Shown one piece after another: positions 10,308 through 20,223 of a DNA stretch of 64,000 bases. The stretch is from a virus. The notes below the pieces were generated by a model. It was given only the letters and a program-made list of their open reading frames with translations. It had not been told where the DNA came from and made no database searches. How positions within the stretch are numbered: the stretch's first letter is position 1; each line of letters begins with the position of its first letter. Location of the stretch: positions 1 to 64,000 of the IMG/VR virus record IMGVR_UViG_3300032268_001383. One strand, given 5' to 3'. Both the position numbers and the translations under genes were made by a program.

Positions 10308-10958
10308 TCATTTACTCATGTCTGTTGGATTCAATTCTTCTAAGTATGGCATAAATGCCTCCAAATTACAATCATTCTTAACATTGTTCGATTTTATCGC
10401 ATCTAATATCTTTTGAATATTCTTAGAGTCAATTTCTAATATAGAATCGCCATCTGATCCCAAGCTTGCTGTTTTACGGCAACCATATGCGCCTCGAAAT
10501 TCAAAATGAAGGAATAATCTTTTAGATGACATATTTGTCAAATTTACTAGTGTAATAGTAATTGATGATATCCCATTTGGTGTATTTATACTTCCGTTCG
10601 GAGCGATTAATTGAGCTGAAATAATATCACCTGAAACTTTCCTATAAAATGCTTCAAATTCTATTTTAAAGTCCTCAACCTTATTTAATTGAATGGTAAT
10701 CTCAATATCCTGAATTTCTCTAAGGTCCGATATCTTAATAGTCTTTGATTCAATTTCATATCGAGTTTTCAATCTTTCTGATAATTCATTATATCTTATC
10801 ATAATTTTTGATATATCTTTTGGAATACCAGAGTAATAAAGTTTGATTAAAGATCCACTTGGAGTATACTTAAATCCTTCAACTTCTGTAAAATGTAAAA
10901 AGTAGTCAGTTATTTCATGTGGTAGAATTGATTCATTAAATTTCATTATACGTTTCAT
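10308..10958 (-). CDS. hypothetical protein with N-terminal leader MKRIMKFNES
   Basis: In-frame ATG at 10958 begins the shared leader motif. Confidence 0.65.
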   Translation of the reverse strand: MKRIMKFNESILPHEITDYFLHFTEVEGFKYTPSGSLIKLYYSGIPKDISKIMIRYNELSERLKTRYEIESKTIKISDLREIQDIEITIQLNKVEDFKIEFEAFYRKVSGDIISAQLIAPNGSINTPNGISSITITLVNLTNMSSKRLFLHFEFRGAYGCRKTASLGSDGDSILEIDSKNIQKILDAIKSNNVKNDCNLEAFMPYLEELNPTDMSK

Positions 10959-11205
10959 CTTTTTCTTTTTTTTTTCTATTTGATTTTTCATAATCCTGAT
11001 AAGATTGTATGCCAGTTTCTATTGGATTTTGGATATACATGATATTTGCTCCCTGTTTATTCATATCCGAAATTTTATCACCAATGTCACCACCAATTTC
11101 CTTATTCATTACAGATTTAATCTTTTTAAGTTGATTTACGGTAGATTGTTGAGGTAAAGATTCTTTTATTAAAAATTCACTGAATTTTAAAACCTTATCA
11201 TTCAT
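10936..11205 (-). CDS. small hypothetical protein with leader MNDKVLKFSEFLIKES
   Basis: 89-aa ORF in operon. Confidence 0.65.
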   Translation of the reverse strand: MNDKVLKFSEFLIKESLPQQSTVNQLKKIKSVMNKEIGGDIGDKISDMNKQGANIMYIQNPIETGIQSYQDYEKSNRKKKEKDETYNEI

Positions 11206-11208
11206 TCT

Positions 11209-11808
11209 TTAATTTTGATGTTTTATAACCCACTGTGCGAGTTTTTTGTGTCCTGTTCCACCCATATGAATTCCATCACCTGTATCAGAATATTTGATAG
11301 TAGTATCTATTGGAATTATTTTACAGTTTTTGAGTTCTTTAGACATCATCTTTTGTAATTCGATGTATCGAGCTACTGATCTTTTAGTAGTTGCTTCATC
11401 ATAAACTGTTTTAATTGTTACTCTTGCTGGATCGAATCCTAACACCACAATCGGTTCAATGCCTCTTCTATTACAAGTATCAATCATCATTTGAGTATAC
11501 TTTAATGATTGTTTTAAATCTACATAACAGAAGGCATCATTACATCCACCATAAATATAGACTCTACTATAAGCTGAATCTGTTTTTAATTGTTGATCTA
11601 AACGGTGCTTCATCCATTCTAATCTTTTTCCACCAACAGAAACATTAGTATAGTTACTACCCCCATGTGTAGCAACTTGATGTTGCCAACCATAGGCATA
11701 ACAAGTTAGACTATCACCTACAAAAAGAACTCTGAGTGGTGGTGTTTCAAATCCGAAAACTGTTGTAAAAATTACAGTTAATAAAATTGTTGATAAAAAT
11801 TTTTTCAT
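11209..11808 (-). CDS. SGNH/GDSL hydrolase with signal peptide
   Basis: 'FVGDSLT' block I, 'GGCND' block III, 'DGIH' block V; hydrophobic N-terminus. Confidence 0.85.
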   Translation of the reverse strand: MKKFLSTILLTVIFTTVFGFETPPLRVLFVGDSLTCYAYGWQHQVATHGGSNYTNVSVGGKRLEWMKHRLDQQLKTDSAYSRVYIYGGCNDAFCYVDLKQSLKYTQMMIDTCNRRGIEPIVVLGFDPARVTIKTVYDEATTKRSVARYIELQKMMSKELKNCKIIPIDTTIKYSDTGDGIHMGGTGHKKLAQWVIKHQN

Positions 11809-11814
11809 AATTTA

Positions 11815-12057
11815 TTATTGATTTAATTTTTTATCCTCCGGTAAATCAAATCCAGATAGGGGATAGGATTCAATAATTTCTATAGGTTTCATCATTTTGT
11901 AGGTAACGTGTTCGGTTTTCCATTCGGTAATCACGTGGTAAAAATTTTTGATACCAGATTTTATTATTTTTGTAAAAAGAAACGGTGATTCTTTTGTGTG
12001 TTCGATAATTGTCATAATTGAATTCACTTTCTTTACATTATTTATTATTTTTTCCAT
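11815..12057 (-). CDS. hypothetical protein
   Basis: 80-aa ORF filling the operon gap. Confidence 0.55.
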   Translation of the reverse strand: MEKIINNVKKVNSIMTIIEHTKESPFLFTKIIKSGIKNFYHVITEWKTEHVTYKMMKPIEIIESYPLSGFDLPEDKKLNQ

Positions 12058-12070
12058 TTATAAAGTTTGT

Positions 12071-12907
12071 TTATTTTGAATAGTCAATTAATGTTTTAGA
12101 CATCTCAATCAATTTAGGTTGAGGTGAAACATCAGTCTTATCTGATCTGTATGAATTGTGGGTAAAAATACCCTTTTGACCAGAAAGAGCCTTTTTACTA
12201 ATAGAGAAAAATTCATCATAACTATAATCTAAAGGTATTTCAAATCTCATAGCATTTAGTAGAGTCCAATATTTCAGAGCTTTTATTTCCTCATCTGTAT
12301 AAACTTCATAGTATTTAATTCCTTTATAGTTTAATTCTATAACTTTTTCTTTAGGTAGTTCAACATTTGCCCAAGTATAGAACTTACCTCCTTTTTCTGT
12401 TAGTGATCCCCAATTACATATTTCAACAGCTACTGCTGATTCATCTAATGCTTGGTTGTTGATTACTCTACCATTTCTATATTGCAATGAGATACCATTG
12501 TTCTGAAAAGAGTCAATTTTACAACCAATAGAGGCAGCCCAAAACTTTTCATCAAATCCCTTCCATATTTTACCATCATCGGATATTCCGATTGATGTTG
12601 CAACATGTGTTACTTTATCATTTTTCCACCAATCAAACATACCTCTGGCGTTGTCCCAACCAGCACTATGATGCCAAATAATTTGTTTTTTTGTAAATTC
12701 TGCTTTAAAATAGAATCCTTCAAAATCAACATTCTCAACTTTTAGTATTAGATTATAAAGTTTGGTATAAGACATCATTCCGAAAAGTCCATCTGCGGTA
12801 AGTCCGTTTTTAGATTGGAAATCCTTTATGTTGCTATATCCTAATTCGGAAAGTAAGTTTCTCAAAATTTTGATACCTAAATTTGTAGATTGTTCTGTGA
12901 GTAACAT
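12071..12907 (-). CDS. N-acetylmuramoyl-L-alanine amidase (endolysin) with PG-binding domain
   Basis: 'FQSKNGLTADGLFG' PG-binding motif; 'IIWHHSAG', 'AVEICNWG', 'GIFTHNSYRSDKTD' Amidase_2 motifs. Confidence 0.85.
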   Translation of the reverse strand: MLLTEQSTNLGIKILRNLLSELGYSNIKDFQSKNGLTADGLFGMMSYTKLYNLILKVENVDFEGFYFKAEFTKKQIIWHHSAGWDNARGMFDWWKNDKVTHVATSIGISDDGKIWKGFDEKFWAASIGCKIDSFQNNGISLQYRNGRVINNQALDESAVAVEICNWGSLTEKGGKFYTWANVELPKEKVIELNYKGIKYYEVYTDEEIKALKYWTLLNAMRFEIPLDYSYDEFFSISKKALSGQKGIFTHNSYRSDKTDVSPQPKLIEMSKTLIDYSK

Positions 12908-13019
12908 ATATTTTGACTTAATTTTTTTTTATAATCTATGTATTAAAAATAGATATTCGACTTTGTAACTTTTTTTAATATTGTTCGTTTTAATATATAA
13001 TAAAAATAAAAATGCGAAT

Positions 13020-13412
13020 ATGTATTCAAAACCTGAAGTAAGAATAATACAAGACCAACAAATCAATACATCACCAGCAGAAGTTACATCTTCTGAAGCT
13101 GCTGCTCTTTTAGCTAAATATGGATATTCTTCAAATACATATAACAATCAACCCCAAGCACCTATTCAAGATAATGGATTGACTGTACAAGATTTATATG
13201 CTCAACATGATAGGGAAATTGAGTTGCAAAGACAAAAGGAAATACAGAGAAGAAATGGTCCGAAGGCTTATACTTTTGATACTACCAACATTCATTATTC
13301 TAACACAGATTATAGAACTTTAGACACTGATGGAAATTTTGGCATTCAAGTTCAAGTAGTTTCAGATATGCCAATTTATAATAATAATAATCATAACCAA
13401 TATAGACGATAA
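13020..13412 (+). CDS. hypothetical Q/N-rich protein
   Basis: ATG at 13020 downstream of TAATATATA (12991-12999). Confidence 0.6.
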   Translation: MYSKPEVRIIQDQQINTSPAEVTSSEAAALLAKYGYSSNTYNNQPQAPIQDNGLTVQDLYAQHDREIELQRQKEIQRRNGPKAYTFDTTNIHYSNTDYRTLDTDGNFGIQVQVVSDMPIYNNNNHNQYRR

Positions 13413-14042
13413 ATGAAAAAAATAACACTAATTTTAATACTATTTTGCACTAAGTTATTTTCTCAAAGTCCGGAAGTAGACACTGTTATCACTACAAAAA
13501 TTTACAAATCATATTTTGATTTTGAGAAAAAACAATGTTTACAGGTAAATTATATACTTTGGAAGGGCGGTGGTGAATGTGATAGAAGTCGATTCAGATT
13601 CACAAATGATACTCATATTCAAACATCCAATCCAAAAGATTATTACAAGAGTGGTTTTGATATGGGTCATTTAGTACCAGCTGAAGATTTTGCTTGGGAT
13701 TGTGAGTTAGAAGAATTGACTTTTAGGATGTATAATTGCTTACCACAATCACCAAACTTAAATAGGGGAATTTGGAAAAAATGGGAAAATAGAATTAGGC
13801 AGGAATCTCAAACAGATTCACTATTGATAATATGTGGTGCTACTTTTTCAGATAAAATGATTGGTGACAGCGTATCTATACCAAAGTACTTTTACAAAAT
13901 TGTGAGTTCTTTAAGAACGGGAAAATTGAAGTGGGTCCTTTGGTTTGAAAATGTAAAAGAGGGCGCAGAATCTCTTTCAGAAATCATTACATTTGAAGAG
14001 TTGGAAAAAAGATTAGGCTACAAAGTAAAATTACAATACTAA
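13413..14042 (+). CDS. DNA/RNA non-specific endonuclease (NucA/EndA type) with signal peptide
   Basis: 'SGFDMGHLVPA', 'PQSPNLNRGIWKKWE', 'IPKYFYK'. Confidence 0.88.
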   Translation: MKKITLILILFCTKLFSQSPEVDTVITTKIYKSYFDFEKKQCLQVNYILWKGGGECDRSRFRFTNDTHIQTSNPKDYYKSGFDMGHLVPAEDFAWDCELEELTFRMYNCLPQSPNLNRGIWKKWENRIRQESQTDSLLIICGATFSDKMIGDSVSIPKYFYKIVSSLRTGKLKWVLWFENVKEGAESLSEIITFEELEKRLGYKVKLQY

Positions 14043-14242
14043 CCTGTGTAGACTCCTATAATCGATCCATTACTAAGTCTGAAATTTACTCTGTTAGATT
14101 TGTTATTATATTCAACCATTTTCGGTCTACCATCTTCTTCAACTATTCTCCATACGTAACCTATTGATTCTGTTTTTTCTATGGCTTCTTTTAAAGTTAG
14201 TCCTAACCATTCTCTTTCTGTAATTGGCCTAATTTCGTTCAT
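14039..14242 (-). CDS. small protein resembling I78/potato-inhibitor-I-type protease inhibitor
   Basis: 'WLGLT..EA..WRIV..DG..M..NRVNF....G.I..VYTG' pattern. Confidence 0.45.
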   Translation of the reverse strand: MNEIRPITEREWLGLTLKEAIEKTESIGYVWRIVEEDGRPKMVEYNNKSNRVNFRLSNGSIIGVYTG

Positions 14243-14257
14243 TTGTATTAATTATTT

Positions 14258-14692
14258 TTATTTTAAAAATCTTTCTATTTCTCTTTTTGCGTCTTTCAAC
14301 TTTAAGTCGTTTCTTTTATCATATAATTTCTTACCCTTAGCAACAGCAATTTTAACTTTAAATCTACCATTATTCAAAAATATTTCAACTGGTATCACAG
14401 TAATACCATTTTCACGAGTTAGTTTTGAAATTTCTTTGATTTCTTTTTTATGTAGTAATAATTTTCTATCTCTCTTTTCCTGATGATTATTATAGGTTGA
14501 TTCGTAATATTTAGATATGGATATATTTTTTATAAAAATCTCACCATCCCAGACATAGCAAAAACCATCACCTATATTACAATTACCATTTCTAAGTGAT
14601 TTTACTTCAGATCCAGTTAATTGAATTCCAGCAGTGAATGTCTCTATAAAATGATACTCAAAACTAGCCTTGCGATTGAAAATTTTAGACAT
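14258..14692 (-). CDS. smpB: SsrA-binding protein SmpB
   Basis: 'NRKASFEY..AGIQLTGSEVKSLR', 'RDRKLLLHKKEI', 'AKGKKLYDKR'. Confidence 0.95.
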   Translation of the reverse strand: MSKIFNRKASFEYHFIETFTAGIQLTGSEVKSLRNGNCNIGDGFCYVWDGEIFIKNISISKYYESTYNNHQEKRDRKLLLHKKEIKEISKLTRENGITVIPVEIFLNNGRFKVKIAVAKGKKLYDKRNDLKLKDAKREIERFLK

Positions 14693-14711
14693 TATTATTT
14701 AGATTTAGAAG

Positions 14712-15062
14712 TTAAAAGTCATCTTCAGTGCTAAAAGACGAACTGTTGTGTTTGTTTATTAAATTTATCAGGGTTTGTTTACTTTGTGCTCCGGATATTC
14801 TATCAATTTCTATTCCGTCTTTAAAGAATACTATAGTTGGTATACCTCTAATTCCGAGTTGTGAAACTATTTCTGTGTTTGAATCTGCATCTAATTTACC
14901 TATAATAATTGAATCACCAAATTGTAGAGAAACTTCATCAACAATAGGTGAAAGTGCTTTGCACGGCCCACACCAAACGGCTGTAGTATAAACAAGAGAT
15001 AGTGGACTATTAATTAATTCATTATAATTATCTGAATTAATTTCTTTCATAAATTCTGTCAT
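14712..15062 (-). CDS. trxA: thioredoxin
   Basis: WCGPC active site, 'GIRGIPT'. Confidence 0.93.
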   Translation of the reverse strand: MTEFMKEINSDNYNELINSPLSLVYTTAVWCGPCKALSPIVDEVSLQFGDSIIIGKLDADSNTEIVSQLGIRGIPTIVFFKDGIEIDRISGAQSKQTLINLINKHNSSSFSTEDDF

Positions 15063-15123
15063 ATTTTTTTCTTTTTTATATTAAATTTAGATAAAATTGT
15101 TTTCTCTAAAAAATATATAAAAT

Positions 15124-15891
15124 ATGAGATTCAATTTTTTATTTTTATTATTATTTTTTTATACATTTTGTTTTTCACAAAATGATTCATCGAAATTGAA
15201 ATTAAATTTATCTATTGGTGGAAATTACACCGGTGGTAATTTTAATCACTATACTTTGTTCATTAAATCCTCGATTTCAAAAAATTGGGCTAGAAATGAA
15301 GTCTCTTTTTCGCCGAATTTCCAATACTCTCAAATATCAAATGATAGGGATAGATTTAAACTAAGAGAAAGAGAAGTTTACTATGCTCTTTCTTATACAA
15401 AAAGGTGGAATAATTTCAGACTTTTAATTTATAATGAGTCTGAAAACTCTTTTTTAAGAAAGGTAGATTTTCGTGGGTCTATGGGTGTGGGTGTTGGGAT
15501 GAAGATATTTAAAAGTCAAAATTTAGAATTAGATGTTTCTGAGATGGTACTTCCAGAATTTCTACTTTCAAATTTCGGCAATAAATTTGATAACTTTGCA
15601 CTACGACTATCAACAAGATTAAAATTTCTATTTTCAAAAAATAATTTTAGATTATCATCAGTCTCACTATTACAGCCATCATTATATACTATCAAAAATG
15701 GAACTGATATAATTAGTTACAAAGACAATTTTAATTTACGTAGTTTAAATAGCTTGGAATATTCCCCTTTGAAATGGTTTTCTATTGGGATTAATAATGA
15801 AATTATTTTTCAAACTTACTCAAATTCGATAAATCCGGATGTCAGTCCGATAGATTTTAATTTTTCTGTATTCTTTAGGTTCAAAAATTAA
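15124..15891 (+). CDS. outer-membrane beta-barrel protein (DUF481-like)
   Basis: Signal peptide, alternating amphipathic strands, aromatic C-terminal strand. Confidence 0.6.
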   Translation: MRFNFLFLLLFFYTFCFSQNDSSKLKLNLSIGGNYTGGNFNHYTLFIKSSISKNWARNEVSFSPNFQYSQISNDRDRFKLREREVYYALSYTKRWNNFRLLIYNESENSFLRKVDFRGSMGVGVGMKIFKSQNLELDVSEMVLPEFLLSNFGNKFDNFALRLSTRLKFLFSKNNFRLSSVSLLQPSLYTIKNGTDIISYKDNFNLRSLNSLEYSPLKWFSIGINNEIIFQTYSNSINPDVSPIDFNFSVFFRFKN

Positions 15892-15893
15892 AA

Positions 15894-15918
15894 GAGAGAA
15901 GTTCTAAGAACTTCTCTC
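15894..15918. terminator. inverted repeat between convergent genes
   Basis: gagagaagttct-a-agaacttctctc. Confidence 0.65.
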
Positions 15919-15928
15919 CAAATTATTT

Positions 15929-16741
15929 TTACAGATACATTTCATCTAAGACATCAAATTCTTTTCTTGTTTCATTTATAAGTATGGCTCTACCGTTTCT
16001 TATTTGACTTTTAATAGTTGATAAAGATTTAGGTGTTCTTGCACTCACAATATATTTACCTGGATTTATCGATATTTCAGTAAAAAAAGGTGTTTTCTTA
16101 GTGTCTCCTTCGATTAGGTTAAATTCTTCAATATTATTACCGAAACTATCCATTATTTTATAGACTTTTGATAACTCCATTGGAAGTGGACATTTATCCT
16201 GTAGTTGAACATTAATTTCAAACTTAACATCCCTACCTTGGTTACAAGCTATGTTTTTGTAGGTCATTTTCTTCAACTCACGCATTTCAATGACTGTTTT
16301 ATATGGATCTTTAAGAGCTGAAATGCGACACTTCATAATTTCTGATTTTTTATCATTTAATTCTTGTAGATGTAGATAACTCTCCTCCTCTTGAATGAAG
16401 TCTTTAAGAGTTGTGCCTTCTTCGTCAAGTTCAACATCAAGTGACATAGTTTTTCTTGTAGGTTTGATGTCTTGTAATGCAAGATTTTTTGCAATTGTAA
16501 ATAGCCAAGTAGAGAATTGAGATTTTTCTTTTTCGTACTTTTCTATTTTCTCGAAAGCTGCTAAAAAAGAATCAGTGGAGATATCTTCTGCTTTTTGTTG
16601 ATCATTACAAATTTTTGAGGTAAAATAAACAAGTTTTGGGTAATACTTTTGGTAGAGTGTATTGAAATCTTTACCAGTTTGTTCTTTAAAGATTACTTCT
16701 TGATCTGAAAATGAGTTAATTGATTTTAATTGTTCTGACAT
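15929..16741 (-). CDS. ECF-type RNA polymerase sigma factor
   Basis: Region 2 'AEDISTDSFLAAFEKIEKY..QFSTWLFTIAKNLALQ'; region 4 'LKDPYKTVI..TYKNIA' and 'LSTIKSQIRNGR'. Confidence 0.85.
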   Translation of the reverse strand: MSEQLKSINSFSDQEVIFKEQTGKDFNTLYQKYYPKLVYFTSKICNDQQKAEDISTDSFLAAFEKIEKYEKEKSQFSTWLFTIAKNLALQDIKPTRKTMSLDVELDEEGTTLKDFIQEEESYLHLQELNDKKSEIMKCRISALKDPYKTVIEMRELKKMTYKNIACNQGRDVKFEINVQLQDKCPLPMELSKVYKIMDSFGNNIEEFNLIEGDTKKTPFFTEISINPGKYIVSARTPKSLSTIKSQIRNGRAILINETRKEFDVLDEMYL

Positions 16742-16874
16742 AAATTTCCGTTATTTTTATTTAATTTAATCCAATTGCCTTAAATGTAATAATATTACTA
16801 CCTATATTATATAAATTATATATTAATTTGTTTATTATTTTGATAAAATAATTCTCTTTTTTAATATTAGAATA

Positions 16875-16905
16875 CAAATATATCACTTTATAATTAGAAC
16901 AACAA
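16875..16905 (-). promoter_or_regulatory. Bacteroidota-type housekeeping promoter upstream of sigma gene
   Basis: Minus strand TATATTTG (-7 box, 16875-16882) with TTG 17 or 20 nt upstream. Confidence 0.55.
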
Positions 16906-16975
16906 GTAAATTTCAAAAAATTCTTGAAATATATATTCACACACTCTAATAAATGTGGTGGAAAATAGATACAAT

Positions 16976-16984
16976 TAATATATA
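16976..16984 (+). promoter_or_regulatory. putative late promoter TAATATATA
   Basis: Recurrent motif 20 nt before the structural operon start. Confidence 0.6.
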
Positions 16985-17004
16985 ACAAAAAATTCAATTT
17001 TAAA

Positions 17005-20000
17005 ATGGCTATACAAAGCTCTTATGCGTCAGTCGCCGAACAGGTAGTAATATTTAATAATAATGTTGTAGATCTACTATCAAAAATAAATACATTAGTA
17101 ACTACTAGTGAATCTTCAGTATCTGTTAATATTACTGATACCACTGGTGTGATTAGACAATTTAATTTACCTTCTTTTGGATTTCTAAAATCAGAAATTG
17201 ACAGACTTAATAATAATGTTAATTCTATTTATAGTATAAATGATGCTGGTGCCTTAATCCAACCTTCAAATGGCACTAAATTCAGAAAAATAATTACAGT
17301 GGATTTAAATAGAGAACCAAATGACTTAGGAACTTTGGCAAATTTCACAAATTTCAAAACAAAGAAAAACTGGTTTTTTGATAGTCTACTAAATCCACAA
17401 CTTTTTATTGAACTTGACTTAACAAACCAAGTTGAGAATAATGTCAGAAAGGTTTTATGTAGAAGATACATCCCTGAATTTGCTAAAGATGTGTCAGGTA
17501 GTTTTACACCACTTGGTCAATCAGCTGTTAATAGTTTTAATAATTTATTCAGAGGTAAGAATGATTTTACATTAGATGATTTCTTACAATGGCACCGTAG
17601 TACACCTGGGGTACTATCACCTAATAATCCAAATTATGACGAGCAAATGTTTGATTTTGAACCAAATCGTCTCGAATTTGATGGTACATTCACGGTAATT
17701 AGAATTGAAGAAGATACTATCAATAGAAAGTTATTCTATCATATAAATTCTTTGAATTATGTAAGAAATTTGGTCACTGGTGGCGAAACCATTCAGCAGA
17801 ATACTCAGTTAAAAGTTGGTGATGAGTTGATTATAAACGTACCTATCACTTCTACAAGATATAAAATAATTGAGATTTCTACAACTGCCTCAAACCCGAG
17901 AATTAGAGTTGAAAGGATAGAAGGAAATGAACCAATCCCGGTTGGTGTACAAACTCTAAAAATATATTCTCCAGTAATTTACGATAAAAAAGTTCTTGTA
18001 AGCGTTGGATACAATGAAAGAAATACATTATTTGTAAAGGCTCTCAATATGGACAATTACATATTGTCTAAAAATTGGAGCAGTGGTGTTGGATTCTGGA
18101 CAAATGACTTGAGAGATATTGATAGTGGATTATCCATGGAACAATTTTACACTGATAGTGTTTTAGATTATGGACAAGTTTTGACAGATTTAGTCTCGAA
18201 AAAAACTCCCGATGTTTTAGCAGCGACTCCAAATATTGTGAACTTGCTAGCGGATAATTTCAAAGTTGTACAAATTAATAGGCACTTAACAGATACACCC
18301 GACTCTAATAATTTAAAAATAAAACATAATCAACAAAAGAATCTTAAATCTGAAATACAGCAATTATCGGATGCAATACAACAGAAAAATAAACAACTAA
18401 AAATACAGAGGTTTACTTCTGATGCAGAAAGAAAACAATTTTCAAATGAACTAAATTCATTGAATAATCAAAAAGAATCAAAGAACAAATTGCTGAGTTC
18501 TGTGACTAGTGAAATTTTGAGTCTCTCTAATACAATTGATACTAGAGTAGAACCAATTTTCAGAATTAGAGGTTTTTGGTCGTTACCACAGCCGGTAATA
18601 ACCAAGGGAACAAAACCACAAGAAGTTGTTCAATTCCGAGTGCAATATAAATACCTAAGCAAAGATGGTAGAGAATCACCAATTGAAACTACTGTGTTAG
18701 CCGATTCTGTGACTAGTAATACAACTGGTTCACTTTCAAATTGGATTGAATATAAGACGGATGTCAGAAAAAGGGTTCTTGACAATAGCACTGGTGTTTA
18801 TAATTGGCAATCCGAAGATTTGTCAAATCCAGATACTCCAAATATAAACCAATTAGATATTCCAATCAGAAGTGGTGAGCAGGTGTTGGTAAGAATTAAA
18901 TCGATTTCCGAAGTTGGGTGGCCGGAGTCTCCACTAGAATCAGACTGGTCAAATGAGTTAGTAATTGATTTCCCAGATAGTTTATCAACAATATTCAATG
19001 AAAGTAGTTCTATAATAACTGAGGCAACAAAAGAAGATATGAGAATTGCTGTTGAGAACGATTTGGCTGCTAAGGGTTTAGACGATCATTTATCGGAGCA
19101 AATAACTGTAAATAATGTAACTTATTATCACACTGCTAATAAAATTCTTTCAGGTTTTAGAGATGAAAACGGCACTGCAATAGACCTCTATCAATATATT
19201 TTAGCTTTAGAAACAAGAATCAAATCATTAGAAGAGCAAGTTAGGAAGGTTAAAGGTGAGCTCGAAATTATTGTTTATAGAAATAATGAATTATTCACAG
19301 TCACAAATGGATCTGAATTGACATTTACAGTTGAGTGTGAAGATTATTTGGATCAATATAGCGCAACTGGTGTACCTACTGGTAGAGTATATCAAAATAA
19401 TATTTATGTCATAAAGGATTTCTTAGTAAAGTTTAGAAATAAATCGGTAGATTCACCCCTGGGATTACTATCTAATAGAAACTATTCAAATAGTAACAGT
19501 GACTTCTTTAATTCAACTGCACCACAGGTATTCTGGGTTAATCAACTTAATGAGTTGATTGTAGATAATTCTACTGGAGCAACAAAAACTCAGAAAAACA
19601 ATCAATTTATCTGGTCCACGAATTTTGATTCAGTAACAGTAAAATCAGCTACAAAACTTTCGGAAAATATTGGTAATCGATTTTCGAACAATGTGAATAG
19701 TAATATTTCACAACTAAACACAACAAATTCAATTACAGATGTTTTGAGTTCAGACGAATACAATATTGGATATTCGGAAAAGACTATATTATCGTTTATA
19801 GGTAATAATAATTCATTACTGGATACGTCAAAGTGGTTAGATAATAAAGTTTCAATTGCGTCAACAACAAAGCTGTTATCAACAATACATCCACAGATTC
19901 AAAATTTAGATAAGATAGTCGAAACTAATGTATCAAAGGTAAGGGCAATCAAAGGTGGTGAGGCAAATGATGTCGATGTTCCAATAAACATTTATTTTAA

Positions 20001-20223
20001 GATGAATGCTTTAGATCCAACACAAGACGGATTGAATTATAAATACATTAATTTAAATTCCGCTAAAGATACAGTAAAACACATAAAGAAGGTTAAATTT
20101 TTCTTAGAGAATGAGGAAGAAAATAGGCCTTTTGTTTTTACTTTGAAGTTTATTTTGAATAGAAGTAGAGTAGTGACTAGAAAAACATCAAATACATCTG
20201 CTACACAATTATTAAATAAATAA
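17005..20223 (+). CDS. large virion structural protein (baseplate/tail-like)
   Basis: 1072 aa, central coiled coil, FN3-like 'VRIKSISEVGWP..ESDWSN'; first gene of a tightly coupled operon. Confidence 0.6.
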   Translation: MAIQSSYASVAEQVVIFNNNVVDLLSKINTLVTTSESSVSVNITDTTGVIRQFNLPSFGFLKSEIDRLNNNVNSIYSINDAGALIQPSNGTKFRKIITVDLNREPNDLGTLANFTNFKTKKNWFFDSLLNPQLFIELDLTNQVENNVRKVLCRRYIPEFAKDVSGSFTPLGQSAVNSFNNLFRGKNDFTLDDFLQWHRSTPGVLSPNNPNYDEQMFDFEPNRLEFDGTFTVIRIEEDTINRKLFYHINSLNYVRNLVTGGETIQQNTQLKVGDELIINVPITSTRYKIIEISTTASNPRIRVERIEGNEPIPVGVQTLKIYSPVIYDKKVLVSVGYNERNTLFVKALNMDNYILSKNWSSGVGFWTNDLRDIDSGLSMEQFYTDSVLDYGQVLTDLVSKKTPDVLAATPNIVNLLADNFKVVQINRHLTDTPDSNNLKIKHNQQKNLKSEIQQLSDAIQQKNKQLKIQRFTSDAERKQFSNELNSLNNQKESKNKLLSSVTSEILSLSNTIDTRVEPIFRIRGFWSLPQPVITKGTKPQEVVQFRVQYKYLSKDGRESPIETTVLADSVTSNTTGSLSNWIEYKTDVRKRVLDNSTGVYNWQSEDLSNPDTPNINQLDIPIRSGEQVLVRIKSISEVGWPESPLESDWSNELVIDFPDSLSTIFNESSSIITEATKEDMRIAVENDLAAKGLDDHLSEQITVNNVTYYHTANKILSGFRDENGTAIDLYQYILALETRIKSLEEQVRKVKGELEIIVYRNNELFTVTNGSELTFTVECEDYLDQYSATGVPTGRVYQNNIYVIKDFLVKFRNKSVDSPLGLLSNRNYSNSNSDFFNSTAPQVFWVNQLNELIVDNSTGATKTQKNNQFIWSTNFDSVTVKSATKLSENIGNRFSNNVNSNISQLNTTNSITDVLSSDEYNIGYSEKTILSFIGNNNSLLDTSKWLDNKVSIASTTKLLSTIHPQIQNLDKIVETNVSKVRAIKGGEANDVDVPINIYFKMNALDPTQDGLNYKYINLNSAKDTVKHIKKVKFFLENEEENRPFVFTLKFILNRSRVVTRKTSNTSATQLLNK

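Noticed and set aside
10959-10991. Poly-A tract at the overlap of two genes as a frameshift site
   Set aside because: Downstream gene has its own ATG and leader at 10958; A-rich tracts are normal initiation context here
16031-16246. Possible intein in sigma factor (Cys near insertion start)
   Set aside because: Too short, and lacks the terminal His-Asn followed by Cys/Ser/Thr
16761-16997. 78-aa ORF in the sigma/structural intergenic region
   Set aside because: Low-complexity AT sequence overlapping divergent promoters; no coding signature
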